A DNA stretch of 61,363 bases, filler included. It is 5 parts of 5 records of this genome, joined end to end, with 100 filler letters (N's around TTAATTAATTAA, not from the genome) between each part and the next. Parts side by side here need not be neighbours in the genome. Positions count along the whole stretch, not along the records: positions 1 to 14,026 come from SRR2962707_688; positions 14,127 to 22,242 come from SRR2962707_689; positions 22,343 to 31,645 come from SRR2962707_690; 2 more parts are not named here. One strand, written 5' to 3'. Below, one piece after another: positions 12,829 through 25,300 of this stretch. The notes below the pieces were generated by a model. The model was not told the DNA's origin. It worked only from the letters and a program-made list of their open reading frames with translations, and did no database searches. The translations under genes were made by a program, and so were the position numbers. Every line of letters begins with the position of its first letter. The first letter of the stretch is position 1.

Positions 12829-13719
12829 ATGGCAATGGTTCAACCCCGCTCCACCAAGTATCGCGTTCTGGCGTCCCATCTCGGGATGCTGGGCTTTATC
12901 GTGATCATCCTGTTCCCGCTGCTGATGGTGATCTCCATCTCCTTCCGCAGCGGTAACTTTGCAGCCGGCAGCCTGCTGCCGGAGAACCCTTCGCTGGAAC
13001 ACTGGTACCTGGCGCTGGGCATTCCCTACACCGGGGAGGACGGCACGGTCACCCAGCCGCCGTTCCCGGTATTGTTGTGGCTGTGGAACTCCATCAAGAT
13101 CGCAGTGATCTCCTCGGTGATGATCCTGGCCCTCTCGACCACCAGTGCCTACGCCTTCGCCCGCATGCGTTTTGCAGGCAAAGGCTTTGTGCTCAAGTCG
13201 ATGCTGATCTTCCAGATGTTCCCGCCGGTGCTGTCCCTGGTGGCGCTGTATGCCCTGTTTGATCAGATAGGCAACCACGTGAGCTGGTTGGGACTGAACA
13301 CCCACGGCGCGGTGATCGTGGCCTCGCTCGGCGGTATGGCCTTGCACATCTGGACCATCAAGGGCTACTTCGATTCCATCGACCGCTCCCTGGAAGAAGC
13401 CGCCATCGTGGATGGGGCAACCACGTGGCAGGCGTTCCGCTACATCCTGCTGCCGTTGTCGGTACCGATCCTGGTGGTGGTGTTCATCCTGGCCTTCATC
13501 ATGACCATCATGGAATACCCGATGGCATCCGTGTTGCTGGTGGACACCGACAAGCTGACCCTGGCGGTCGGCGCGCAGCAGTACCTGTACGAGCAGAACT
13601 ACCTGTGGGGCGATTTTGCCGCTGCTGCCGTGCTCTCCGGGCTGCCCATTACGCTGATCTTCCTGTACTGCCAGAAATGGATTGTTGGTGGGCTGACAGC
13701 CGGCGGCGTCAAGGGTTGA
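12829..13719 (+). CDS. malG: Maltose ABC transporter permease MalG
   Basis: [52 protein letters not shown] and [18 protein letters not shown]. Confidence 0.97.
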   Translation: MAMVQPRSTKYRVLASHLGMLGFIVIILFPLLMVISISFRSGNFAAGSLLPENPSLEHWYLALGIPYTGEDGTVTQPPFPVLLWLWNSIKIAVISSVMILALSTTSAYAFARMRFAGKGFVLKSMLIFQMFPPVLSLVALYALFDQIGNHVSWLGLNTHGAVIVASLGGMALHIWTIKGYFDSIDRSLEEAAIVDGATTWQAFRYILLPLSVPILVVVFILAFIMTIMEYPMASVLLVDTDKLTLAVGAQQYLYEQNYLWGDFAAAAVLSGLPITLIFLYCQKWIVGGLTAGGVKG

Positions 13720-13816
13720 TGCCGCTGGACTGAATTGAACGTTCTCCTACGCCGCCACGGAGGATCCCGGGCGGCCCTTCCGCGAGAAATGCGTCTTCCT
13801 TTTCCGCACTTCGCGA

Positions 13817-13855
13817 CCCGGTCAGGCTAATCCCCCCTACTGACCGGGCTTTTTT
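13817..13855 (+). terminator. Rho-independent terminator after malG
   Basis: CCCGGTCAG / CTGACCGGG 9-bp stem followed by CTTTTTT. Confidence 0.7.
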
Positions 13856-13920
13856 GATCCCCCTGCCAAGTCTCCAAGCTAACTCAAGCGCTATTTGACT
13901 GCTGAACAGTGACGTAGGGT

Positions 13921-14026
13921 CTCCCGAAACACGCTGTGAATAACCTCGGTCTTTGCGGTCACCACCTTGATAGCTGAACAGGCTGGTAGGTCCTCACGAA
14001 ACCGTGCGGAGCCATGGATGGCGGAG
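13921..14026. repeat. Fragments of a dispersed intergenic repeat at the contig end (Marinobacter-type)
   Basis: GAAACACGCTGTGAATA (13926-13942) and, on the minus strand, CTCCGCCATCCATGGCTCCGCACGGTTTCG running off the contig. Both recalled as parts of a multicopy Marinobacter intergenic element; not verified by search. Confidence 0.5.
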
Positions 14027-14126
14027 NNNNNNNNNNNNNNNNNNNNNNNNNNNNNNNNNNNNNNNNNNNNTTAATTAATTAANNNNNNNNNNNNNNNNNN
14101 NNNNNNNNNNNNNNNNNNNNNNNNNN
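14027..14126. other. Artificial contig linker 1
   Basis: 44 N + TTAATTAATTAA + 44 N, giving stop codons in all six frames. Confidence 0.99.
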
Positions 14127-14153
14127 CTCACTCACTCACTCACTCGCTCGCTC
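14127..14153. repeat. (CTCA)n/(CTCG)n microsatellite at contig start
   Basis: ctcactcactcactcactcgctcgctc. Confidence 0.85.
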
Positions 14154-14521
14154 AATCGCTCAACCTCTGCTTGGGGTCCGGGTGTCGTGCGACTTGAATG
14201 CGTGTGGCCTCTTTGGCTTCGCAGCTCGTGTCGTATCTTTGTTGTTACTGTTGTTGTTGTTGTTGTTTTTCCTCATTTTTTTCCCGTCTGTCACTGTGGT
14301 GACTGTGTCCCACACACAAAGTGCGTGGATCTGCGGTTTTAGACGCCACTCTGGGCACTCTCCAGCTTGCTCGCTTCTTGGCCTTCTCAATTTTTGTGGC
14401 TTTTAGCTGCGCAGTCTCTTCATTCCAGACCGCCTCCTTATCGGTTTGTGGTCGGTCTCTCCGCTGCCTTTGTAGTTAGTGCATTCGCGACTGTAGCAGA
14501 GAAACAAAGAATAACAAAAAA

Positions 14522-17500
14522 ATGTCCTCACTCGAGCGGCCTGGTGGAGGCACAGCAGCAGCTGCCACCGCGAATGACATGGATGTCTACACGAGTGAGT
14601 ACCTAGCCGACGTGCTTGAGATCATTGCCCAGTGCTCGCCGCGTGACTCAGACGACTCACCTTTGGTGAAGCGTGTGGAGGCGATGGTCAGGGGCGCACC
14701 GCTGAGGCCGAAAGAGGCAGCTGTGTTGCTGCACTGGGCTGCGCAGGTGCGACGCGAGTTTGTGTTTTGCTTTTGAATGCAGTGATCACGGGATTTAGTT
14801 GTGTCTTGCGTGAGCGGGTAGCGGAAGTTGAACCATTGCATTGCGGCAACCAGGTGGGCAATGTGCCTCTGATGCGGTGCGTGCTGCGCCACTTCCCCAC
14901 GTCGAAGAATTGCCCTTGCGCTGCTGCCGATGGAAACACTGCCCTGCACATTGCGGCCGCTGAAGGCCACCTAGCTGCGGTTCGTGGCTGGTGATTTGTC
15001 CACAACGAATGATGTGGCGGGCGACAGTGGAACAGTGAGGGGCGCATTTGGTGATTGTGCCGCTGTTGCCACGTGCGTGGTCAGGTCAAGTTTTTGGTCG
15101 AGAAAGCGAGGGTGAAAACGTCAGCGCGCAACGATCGGGGCGAATTGGCGATCTCAGTTACTCGACAGTACGCTGTCGCCATTTACCTTCTGCGAATGAT
15201 GTCGCTGGTGCGCGCTGCGTCGCAGCCAGGGCGCGCGTCCATGAAAGCTTCGCACGCAAACAATTTGCATGGGACAAGAGGAGGTTTGTGCAGGTCCTCA
15301 ACTGGATTAGTCGTTGCTTTCAGTGGAAATGCCATCTGACTTTGAACAATCTGCCTTGCGACAGGTCGGCTGTTTGATTACCTGGCCTTCGTCGAGGTCG
15401 GGGTGGGGCCGCCGCTGCGTAAACGGCAAATGGCCCAAGGGTGGACTCCGGCGCGAGTTTTGACGCGGTGCGTGTCATCCCCATGTTTGGTCGCATCGGT
15501 GCCTCATGTGCTTGGAAGTAAACTGCTATATGTGCACTGCTGCTTCTGGCGCAGCTTCCCAAGCGACGACTGGCCGGACTTTCGCGATGATGAAATAGAT
15601 TGGTGTGCGGCAGCACAATTTATTCCCCACCCTGAACCAGGGAATCCTTTTTTTCGCCATTTCCGAAACAGCAGTGTCAGCTCTCGTTCAACGCCCGACG
15701 ACCTTGCACCTCCGGAAAGCTCTGAGGTTCTGCCAAGTGTCGCTGATGTTGACGGTTTAGTTCCAGATCGGCAGCGGTAGGCAATTTATATTCTGTTTGT
15801 TTGTTTGCACAGTCCCATCGTTGTGCAAGGTGCTTTCATAACACTGGTCCGTTTTTCGGGCGGGTAGATACCGAGAATTGACAAAGGCCGCTGCCGAAGC
15901 GGTCACACGTACCCGCAGCGACGCAGAAAACGCGTCCATCATCGCGGACATGCTGGTGAGTCCATTGCGGATTTCTTGATATTTTCTGCTCTCGATTACC
16001 ATGCTCGTGGAGTTCATAGTCGTGCTGCCTGCTGGTGCTGCTGCGACTCTGGAAGCTTGATGCTGAAGTCGAGCTCACTCAAGCTCGAAGTCGCGGCCTT
16101 AACGCGTCCGCGACGAACGCGCGGCAGGCGCTGGCGGATAGATTACGCACGGAGTTGAAGCAAGCCAAGCGCCAGTCACAGAGATCCGCGCAGGCGGCGG
16201 CAGATGCTGCGCAAGCTGTTCGCGACTTTGAGCGGTACGTACTGCTGCCTCGACTGGACTCATTTTTTGATGATTCTACTTTGACACGCCATCTGATCGA
16301 TTCATGCGTGCGTTTCAACAGGACATACCTTTCGCACGGAAATGACGATAACCATCGCATGCGGACAGCCACGCGCCAACGCGCTTCAAGCAATTTCGTT
16401 GCGGCGTTGCTATCCCCGCCGAACGAAGGGGCTCCTGTGCATTCAGAAGCAGCTTCTGTGCATCATGCTGAGTCAAGTGTTGCCGATCTTGCGTCGGGGC
16501 ACAACACGTGGTCTTCCGGGGTGCGTGCGCTGTATGCAATACATTTGTGGTTGCAGTGCTTGCCAAATGCACCAACGCCTTGTGAAGCCTTGTAGGTGAT
16601 GTCTGTGCGTAAATCCGACACTGCAGGCAATTAGCTGGGTCAGCACGGATGCCCATGGGGACACATACTACTGCATGGCCGTGTATTTTCCGAGTCCCGA
16701 AGGCCGTTCTTCATCTGCTCTCATTTTAGTGTCTCATTGCCCTGTGTTCACACTGGGTCACTCGTTACTTCAAGCTCTTGTTGAACTCACGAATTTGCCC
16801 CACTCTCCACAGCATGGCCGACATATGTCGTCCGAAGCGAACGCCACAGGCAATGCGCCACGCGACACATTACACCGCATTAGCACCATGTCGTTTTTTT
16901 CCTTCGAATCCGCGGCTGAGCGACTGCGCCGTGCAATACCAGCCATTTTCCAACTCTGCGGACTCAACACAAAACTCCCGCTGGTCGACCCGGGAGCTGT
17001 AGCGAAAGTTGCGGCATCTGCAGATTCTACCGAAACCGCCATCAGCATGCTTGTGAAAGCAGCCGTGTACGTGCTTAGACTGCAATTTGCTGTGTAATCT
17101 GCTGAAGCGCCACTTCAACCAGTGTGGATCACCGCATGTTCGTTGCACAGATACTCACCGATGGCCAAGCTTTTGTTTGCAGCGGCCCCTGACGAGTTAC
17201 GGTCGCTCCCGGAAGTAGTCGGGCTCGCCAAACCCCCCAGACGTCTCTGCTGGAACTTCTTTTCAGTGAGCGAAGGCCAGTACTTTTCAGAACATCACAC
17301 AGGTACGGGCGGCACGAGCTTCGAAGTGCCATTGATTTCAAGTGTCATGGCTGACCTGTGTCTGTTGCACCTGCAGGGAGGCGCACGAAACTGTCTGTGT
17401 TGTCGGCTGACCTTCCTCCCGAAGCGTCTCTGCAAGCAAATGCCTTGCCGTTTTTGGAACATCACGCCCTTGAGTTGCTCATGCGATTCCTGTCGCCTTC

Positions 17501-20500
17501 CAGCATTGCTTCGTTGATTGGCGCTTTACTGGTGGAGCACAACGTACTTCTCCTTGCTCGGGACATTGAGGTGAGCTTCAGCTTATTCGCCAACTTTGCG
17601 TTGGGATGCCTGGCTTTGCAATGAGACTTCAGGTGAAGCCATGTCCCTCCCGTGCCCACCTGTATGTCAGCTTTTAGCCCCGGTGGCCGAAGCATTACGC
17701 AGTTTGCTCTTTCCACTTCGATGGGTGCAAGTGTACATACCTCTGCTGCCACGACCATTTTTGTCGATGGTGCAATCCCCCGTTCCGTTCATAATGGGCA
17801 CACACATCGACAACTATTCCATAGTTTCGCAGCATCTGTCAGCGCTACGATCCGCAGATGCCCATGGCACTTACGTGGTCAACCTGCATCGTGACGAAGT
17901 GGTACCTCCAATATTGTACAGCTCACAGGTTTGCCTTCGTTGACATGCGTCGCGGCTGTGTGAATGTGTTGACAAAAGAGTCCCGAACTTACCATTGGTG
18001 GTTCGTGCTGAATTGAAACAAGGGAGCTCCATCTCCCCCAGAAGCACTGCGGTTGACCATTATGTGGGCTCTGCAAGACCGTGGAAGCATTCAGCACTCT
18101 ATCGACACTCTGCTGGCAACTGCAGTGGAGCACTCAATGCCCCGAGAGCCGGCAGAACCGCGTTTAGAACCGCGTTTGCATGCATCCGCCCGGCACGCAC
18201 AGCATGTGGTGCTCAGCGATTCAAACCCGTTTGATGACCGTTCCCGGTGGACTTGTTTCGACCTAAGCTTGCCGCTGAACGGCAAAGGCAAACTTGGATT
18301 GGTGCTTCGTCGGGCAACTGCTCGCAGGTATGGACCCGCTTTCGTTGCACGTGCCTGCGGCACCCACCAACACGCTGCCTCAACACGCGCCTTGCAACCG
18401 ATGCGACTGCAGCGACCGACCGACCACCGCCAGCCGCGCATCCAGCGATACAGTGTTTCCGGCCTACTTGATGATCAATGGTTTTCGCGAAGATGCTGCG
18501 CCCGAAGTACGATGCCATGCAACAATTGCGCAGCGTAGAACGAAGTTTGAGGTTGACAGCCCTTACAACACACTACGCATGTTGATCAATTGTTGCGTTT
18601 GCTCAGGCACCCAAGGTGCTGAATGTTGGGGATGTAATTGAGTCCATAGATGGCCGGAGAACATGTTGCACGCAAGATGTTAAAGCGGCGTTGGTGTGTT
18701 GTGGCTGCTTCTTCCACCCAGTTGCAGTGCTTGGGTAGCAAGCACCACCACGCGTTCATTGAGCTTGTGTACTTGTTCGCAGAAAGCTGGGGGAAGTTCT
18801 GTGCGCATTCGTGGGTTTCGCGCTGTCTCGAAGCGAACACGTCGGCGCAAGGCCGGCCCCACAGGTGCGCACACCACACTCGACACCGCGCAAGCAGCAC
18901 CGAAAAGCTCCCGGTGGAAAGGGGGCATGTCTCGAAAGGAAGCTGTTCGTCTGCGCGGTCGCATGGTAAGTCCTGGGACACTTTTGCATGAGATCTGCAA
19001 CCACACAAGCTGAGCAGCAACGTTGTCGCTTAGCCTTTTTGTCCTAACACGTCGAATCATGTGCTCCGTGCGCCGCAGCTGGAAGCCATGTATCTGCTCT
19101 TGGGCCCAATGGACTTTGCGTTTATGTTGATAGAATCGCCGTCTGATAAGGACCGCCGGCGCGCATTGCGGCATCACCCACTAGGCTCAGCCTCGTCGAA
19201 GCCGGACGTGGAGACCGATGAACCAATCCCAACGCCAGACACAGGAACAGGCAACATTTTTTTGAATCAATTTTTGTGCACGAGTATGTTCCAGCGCTTC
19301 GGAACACAGTGTCTGTGCATAGACGATGATCAAGCAACCGACCTTCAGGTGAAGCGTGGCGTCGGATTTCCAAGCTATTTGTGTCGTTTTATCTGGGTCT
19401 ACCGTTGTTTATTGGTTTTCACCTTTTGTCGCGATCTGCATTGGTGCGCCCATTCAAGGCTCAGCTGAACTTGTTTTTGCGCTATGCACAAATTCGGAAT
19501 TCTGGGAACGGTTAGTGTGAATGAATGAATGGGTCGAAGCTGGAACTTGCTTGCGTGTGCGTGGTGAGACGTTGTATTAAGCAGTTCCGAACTGAATGTG
19601 GTGCTAGGTCGTGACAGTGCGCTCATTCAATGTTTCCCGGGTATTTTCGACAGCGACGGAGCCGCGTGGGAGGATGCTCCCGTGATGCATTCCGGTATAC
19701 CTCATCACTTGTTCACAGATTTGACTACGTTGTGGCGAGGAGTCTCTCAGCTTCGTTTTACTGCTTGGCTGCAGGGCGTTGGTATTCGGAAGTCGGCCAG
19801 TTTCTCTTTCACAACCAGGCAGACGCAAAAGCACTTCCTGCTTTGCAGTTTGCTGGGCGTTACCGTTTCCATGCCGGCTGCGCTGGAGACGAGCAAGCTG
19901 TTGCCAATTGCGTCAATGCGTTTCAATCTTTGGTCAACGTTCGGCTTCGGCGGATGGATTCACCCGGCAGCGAATCCGATTCTGACGATGAAAACGGCAA
20001 CGATTCACGCCGTGTTTGCGACGCCGACTTTTTCTGGCAGGCATCGGCGCCACCAATACTTCCTGGGAATCCCGCAATGGTTTCTGTTTCTGCGGTGCAT
20101 GGCGTCAACAACGCGAAAAGTGAGGCAGGCGCGGGAAGCGATGGTGACGACATTGATTGTGGCGTCGATGATGACAACCACGGCGACGCTGATAACGATG
20201 ATAGCGACTCTGAGTGGGTGTGGAGTGGGCGCGGGCGCGGGGCACAGGAATCTCCTGCGCACATGGAAGTCTATGACACAACGCTGACAACTACCAGCGA
20301 GGACACTGCCGAAAGCGACAACGAAAGCGTGGACAGTGTTAGTTCGGCGGAGATTGTGCCCCACTCTCCTTCGAAGTACGTTTTTCTCCGTTCGGTAGTA
20401 TATTTGCTAGGCACGCAGGAATGTATGTTGTTTGCACTTTCCTTAAATGGCTGGCACGATGTTCATGGCAGGCCTCCGCCTCCAATTCCCACGAATCCAC

Positions 20501-21739
20501 TTGACGCGCTCAATGCAACTGGGTCAGTTGAGGAGATCGCAGCACGTTTCATTAGTCCGGGCTTGTTTGATCAGGTGAGTGCATTCGTGAGTGTGGTGTC
20601 TTGACGGGACAGAGTGCATTTGTGGGACGCGTTCCGACTGTCGCTGTAAGCCTGTTGTAAACTCTTCCCTTCCGTTGCGCAAAAACTGGTGACGACCTGT
20701 GCAGACGCCCATGGCGCCAGATGAAATGGGCGTCGTGCAGCGTGGTGTGGCACACCTAGCGCAGTCTCTGTGCAACACTAGTCGTGGTGCGTCGCATGCG
20801 GCTTGCATGCACATTGGTGGCCTTGGCTCGCAAATGAATTTCCAAGCTGCAAATGCTTGTTGACTACTAAACATGTTTACATGTTTTGCTTCGGTTTGGT
20901 GCATTGCAGGGCGGGCTGCGCTGCACGCGCAAGCCCAAGAGCTTCGCTGTAACGACGAGGTTTGTGTCTTGCTGACTGCCGCATTCCGTGTTCAAAGTAG
21001 TTCGATGGTCCCATGCCGTTGCATGTTTTCATCCGGAAACAAAATAATGACCTGGATGTTTTCCGCTCCGCCCCTGTCACAGAACGCGCTGCGTTTCCTA
21101 GTTCAGCAAGTCGAAACCCGCCTCGTGCGCAAGGTGACCTCGCTTAGGTTTTGTTGCAAGCAGCGTCAGTTTTTATTGTTGCATGGCGCTCGCCTCACGG
21201 CAGCCTGGTGTGTGTGTCGATACAACCCACTGCTGTAGGTTTTGGCGTCGAGAGCGGACCCGCACCGTCATTGAGGGTTGATGCTTCCTCATTGGTGAAT
21301 AGTAGAACGTCGGTTGTTGCCTTCGAGCTGGCAGTCGTTTTATTGTTTGCCAGTCCTCGGTTAGACATCGGCACTTCACGGCCGTGCCAAGAGCAGCGAT
21401 TCGCAAGCGAGCTGGGGCACAGTTGAACTTGCTATTGTCGTAAAGTGTAACGAGTTGTGGCAGGAGCGTAAATCCGGTGATGACGGGTTCAAAAGGGATG
21501 GATTGAGAATGAATGCGAGGTCAGAGCGAGAGAATACACGGCAATCCGAAGAGGTGTCGTGTCATCCCCCGTTTCCCCGTTTCTGCAGCGAGGAAACGAA
21601 ACCCTCAGGTCCAAAGAGAGGTATATTGAGCCGTGCTTCACTCCGGGTCCGAATTCACGAATATATGTTTTTAATAACCTGCCTCAAGTGCATGTGTTCG
21701 CCGATCACGACTCACGAGCTGCGCTTCCAGTTCGTTTGA
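14522..21739 (+). CDS. Multi-exon eukaryotic gene: N-terminal ankyrin repeats, DENN (Rab GEF) module with an inserted PDZ domain, acidic C-terminal region; 3' end approximate
   Basis: Ankyrin motifs LLHWAAQ and DGNTALHIAAAEGHLAAVR. cDENN signature LIGALLVEHNVLLL / LLAPVAEALRSLLFPLRWVQVYIPLLP..SPVPFIMG. dDENN-like FLNQFLCTSMFQRF. PDZ elements GKLGLVL and LNVGDVIESIDG. Short GT-AG introns, e.g. 15777-15867 and 17067-17150. Confidence 0.7.
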
Positions 21740-22047
21740 CTGCGTTGCAGAGCTGCAGTCACAGATAGTCCTTGCCACCCCCAAGAATTGGTAGGTGCGG
21801 CTGTGGCAGGCACATTTTTCTGCATATATCCAATGGTCATTCGCGAGCAGCATAAACAAGCAGCTTGATGCCGTGCTGATCGCCAGCTTGTGCAGCCATC
21901 ACAGCGTGCCAACGACGTTGATAAGGCTCGGTGCCCGCATGGCATCCGCTTCCCTCCTTGCTCTCTCTCTCGCTCTTCTTGTCTCACTGCCAGATCTCTC
22001 GCTCAGCCTGTACAACTACTACCGGTATTTTCCGGTCGTTTATCTAG

Positions 22048-22242
22048 TGAGTGGGTGAGTGAGCGGGTGAGTGCGTGAGTGAGAGGGAGTCCATGTGGTT
22101 ATTAGCCCCTATGCAGATGTGTCACCGTCAGCCCGCATGAAATTCGGTATGTGCTTTGAACTGGGTCCTCACAGAAACCGTCGAAGCCAGCTGCCGTTAA
22201 CTCTCACCCTCGCACTCACTCACTCACTCCCTCTCACTCACT
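22048..22242. repeat. Degenerate (GAGT)n tract followed by a complementary (CACT)n tract at the contig end
   Basis: gagtgggtgagtgagcgggtgagtgcgtgagtgagagggagt at ~22049-22090 and ctctcaccctcgcactcactcactcactccctctcactcact at 22201-22242. Confidence 0.7.
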
Positions 22243-22342
22243 NNNNNNNNNNNNNNNNNNNNNNNNNNNNNNNNNNNNNNNNNNNNTTAATTAATTAANN
22301 NNNNNNNNNNNNNNNNNNNNNNNNNNNNNNNNNNNNNNNNNN
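22243..22342. other. Artificial contig linker 2
   Basis: 44 N + TTAATTAATTAA + 44 N. Confidence 0.99.
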
Positions 22343-25300
22343 GAGGACGAGCAGGAATGGGATCGGCTGGTCCGCACGAAAGTGAACGCTTTGTTCGCGT
22401 CCTCTGACGACGACGACGAAATCAGCGACGACAACGACGACGACGACGGTGAAGAAGAAGGCACTGCGAGTGGCACAATGTGGCTCTTGGAAGTGGAAGC
22501 CAAATCTGCCGCGCGGGGCGCCCTTCGCGCGTTGCCCCGCGATGTGCACATCCACCGTCGCGCCAATAGCTCAACTGTTTTCGCCATGGCGTACTTGTCC
22601 ACGCAAAGCGCTCGAGCCTTTGCAGCAGCGTGGGATCCCGTTGCTATCTTCCCTGCCCCTGATGAATTGAAGATTGCCCCTTCCGTTTACCTGTTGACGC
22701 ACCCAGAAGCAGTGGCATCTTTATTGAGCAGCAGTGGTGGGGCTGGTGAATCCACTATCCGACGCACATCGCTGCTCGATGAGGACGTCGAAATTCTGGT
22801 CATTCTCCACGACCCCGTTGATGCCGATTCTATCGCGAACGACCACGTTGCTGAGCTTCTCCGCAAATGCCAATCATGGTTGATGGCGCAAGGCATTAGC
22901 GGCAAAGCCGTTCGTGCCGGGGCTCGTCGACTCATTGTCTCAATGCGTCGCGGCGTTGCTGAGGTAGCATTGCCTGACTTGTTGCACAGAATTATATTAC
23001 CTCAACCCGAAGTGCTTTTTGTGGAGGCCCGCGAGCGATTCAAACTGCACAACCAGTTCGTACTCACTCAAGCTGCGTACTTTGTGTGCTCGATCTTGTG
23101 CGTTGCGTTGACTGTTGAGTTCAATTCTTTCACACATGCACGGCAGGTACTCCGCTGCGATCACTCAAAATGGGACGCTCACAAATGGAGCAAAACCCAT
23201 GTACGACAAGGGCTTGTCGGGTGCTGGACAGATTGTGGGCGTTGGTGATTCTGGCTTGGATGTCCGTTCCTGCTTTTTCTACGAGGCAGCAAACGCTTTT
23301 CCTCAGGATGGGGTGAATAACCTGTACGTTGGTTGCCGCCAGTGATTTGGACGACCAAATCGGTGATTTTACTCGGCACTACATCATTTTCCTCATACGT
23401 ATGCATTGAACCCTGCACGCGTGCTTGCCCTGATAGGTATCCCGACGCTGAAAAAGTGGTGCAGTACGTGGCTTTCGCCGACAACGTGGAAGGTGAAGCG
23501 AGCGGACATGGAACTCACGTTGCAGGATCCGTTGCCGCTTTTGGAGGATCGTCCACCGCTGTCAACCAAGGATCGCAGGATGAGATGGAGGATTACCGTG
23601 GCGTGGCGTACAATGCCAAGATTGCTTTTTTCGACATGGGTTACGCCGGCTCCTCTGGCTTGGCTGTCCCTGGTGATTTGTACGTTGTTTATGGCCAGTT
23701 GCAATCTGTTTTTGGGTGCAATCCGTGCTCGAATGTGTTGAGAGACTGAATCCGAACCGCGTGTATATCGTTCAATGTAGATACAATGACTTCCTGGGAA
23801 TTGCGTACGAGGCCGGGGCGCGTATCCACACCAATTCTTGGGGGACGGACGTCAATGCCTACACAACGACCAGTCGTGATATGGACCGCTACTCTTACGA
23901 CCACCAGGATTTCCTTGTGCTGGTTGCTGGTGGGAATTCAGGCGATGCTGGTTTCTACACGATTGGATCGCCCGCAACAGCCAAGAATGTTTTGGCAGTT
24001 GGTGCCTCCATGAGCAATGCTCTTGGATTCTCAGACGACACAACAGGGCCTTACTGCGGATCTGTCGCCAGTTGCACGAATTACTTCGTGGATTTAGCCG
24101 ATAATCTCGCTTCATTCTCTTCTCTAGGGCCCACTTTTGACGGTCGGATGAAACCCGACGTGGTCTCTGTTGGCTTCTACATTTCTTCCGCTTACAGCTC
24201 AGCGAACCCCAATTCGTTGACGTGTGCCGTCGAAGCAAAGGCTGGAACCAGCATGGCAACTCCAGTTACCGCGGGGGCAGCTGCTCTCATACGTGAATAC
24301 TTCGAAAACGACGGCATTGTTCCAATGGGTGCCCTAATAAAAGCGGCTCTCATTCATTCCGCCAGTCCACTTTCAGACCCGGACTGGGAACGAGGCATGG
24401 GCAATGACAACGTGCAACTTGATGGGGAAGTGGACACCAACCAAGGCTACGGGCTTATTGGTCTGCATCGTGTATTGTCCTTCGACGACTCTCCCTTTCA
24501 ACTCAAGTGCGTTTATGAGTCACTTTCATTGCATGCGTTGGTCGTTGTATTTGCATGTGGGATGATTCACCGCTTGACTGTTGGTTCATTGCAGATACTA
24601 CGGTGCTTGCAGTGGGAACTGCGAGGAGGAAGACTTCGCTGACCTTCCTAATGTCGAGGAAGACGGCGTTTTTGAGCGGGTGTTCCGGGTAGCTTCAGCT
24701 GATCAAGGTGGCGGTCGTGTTGCCCTTGCAGCGACCCTTGTTTACCACGACCCCGCTGCCAGCTCGTACACACAGAATTTGGCTTTGATTAACGACTTGG
24801 ATCTGGAAATTGTTGCCCCTGATGGAACCATTATCCTTCCACTTGCTCCCGGTGGAGGCACAGACGTCAACACCTACGACAACGCTGAAAAGGTAATCAT
24901 TCCTGTCGACGCGCTGGAGTTGGGCATGGAGTACAAAGTACGGGTGCGTGGCACCTCGGTTCCCATCGGGCCGCAACCGTTCGCGTTGGTTGTAACAGGA
25001 AATTTTGCACCAGAGGAAGTGGAGGATATTGTCGACGACATTGTGGCCGACCTCACGCAGTCGGGTGATCTTCAAGGCGAGGTTCAGGAAGCCAGCCCCG
25101 GCATCGCTGCGGGAATTGCCGTGTCAGGGTTTGTCATAGTCGGTCTCCTGATTGCCGTCGTTGTTTTGTTCTTCAAACAAGGAAAGTGGGCTTCCATCGA
25201 AGTCACACCGGCGGTCGTCTACGCCAGCGCCGCTTGCCGCATTGGGGAGCTTGTTTTTGCTGCTGTAGCAATGGCTTTGGTAGTCCGCGACACGCGCATC

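Noticed and set aside
14027-14126. TTAATTAATTAA palindrome as a biological site (also at 22287, 31690, 55302)
   Set aside because: It is identical each time and flanked by exactly 44 N on both sides, so it is a synthetic concatenation linker.
13719-14522. Bacteria-to-eukaryote gene transfer suggested by bacterial operons next to intron-containing genes
   Set aside because: Every switch coincides with a linker. No contig contains both gene types.
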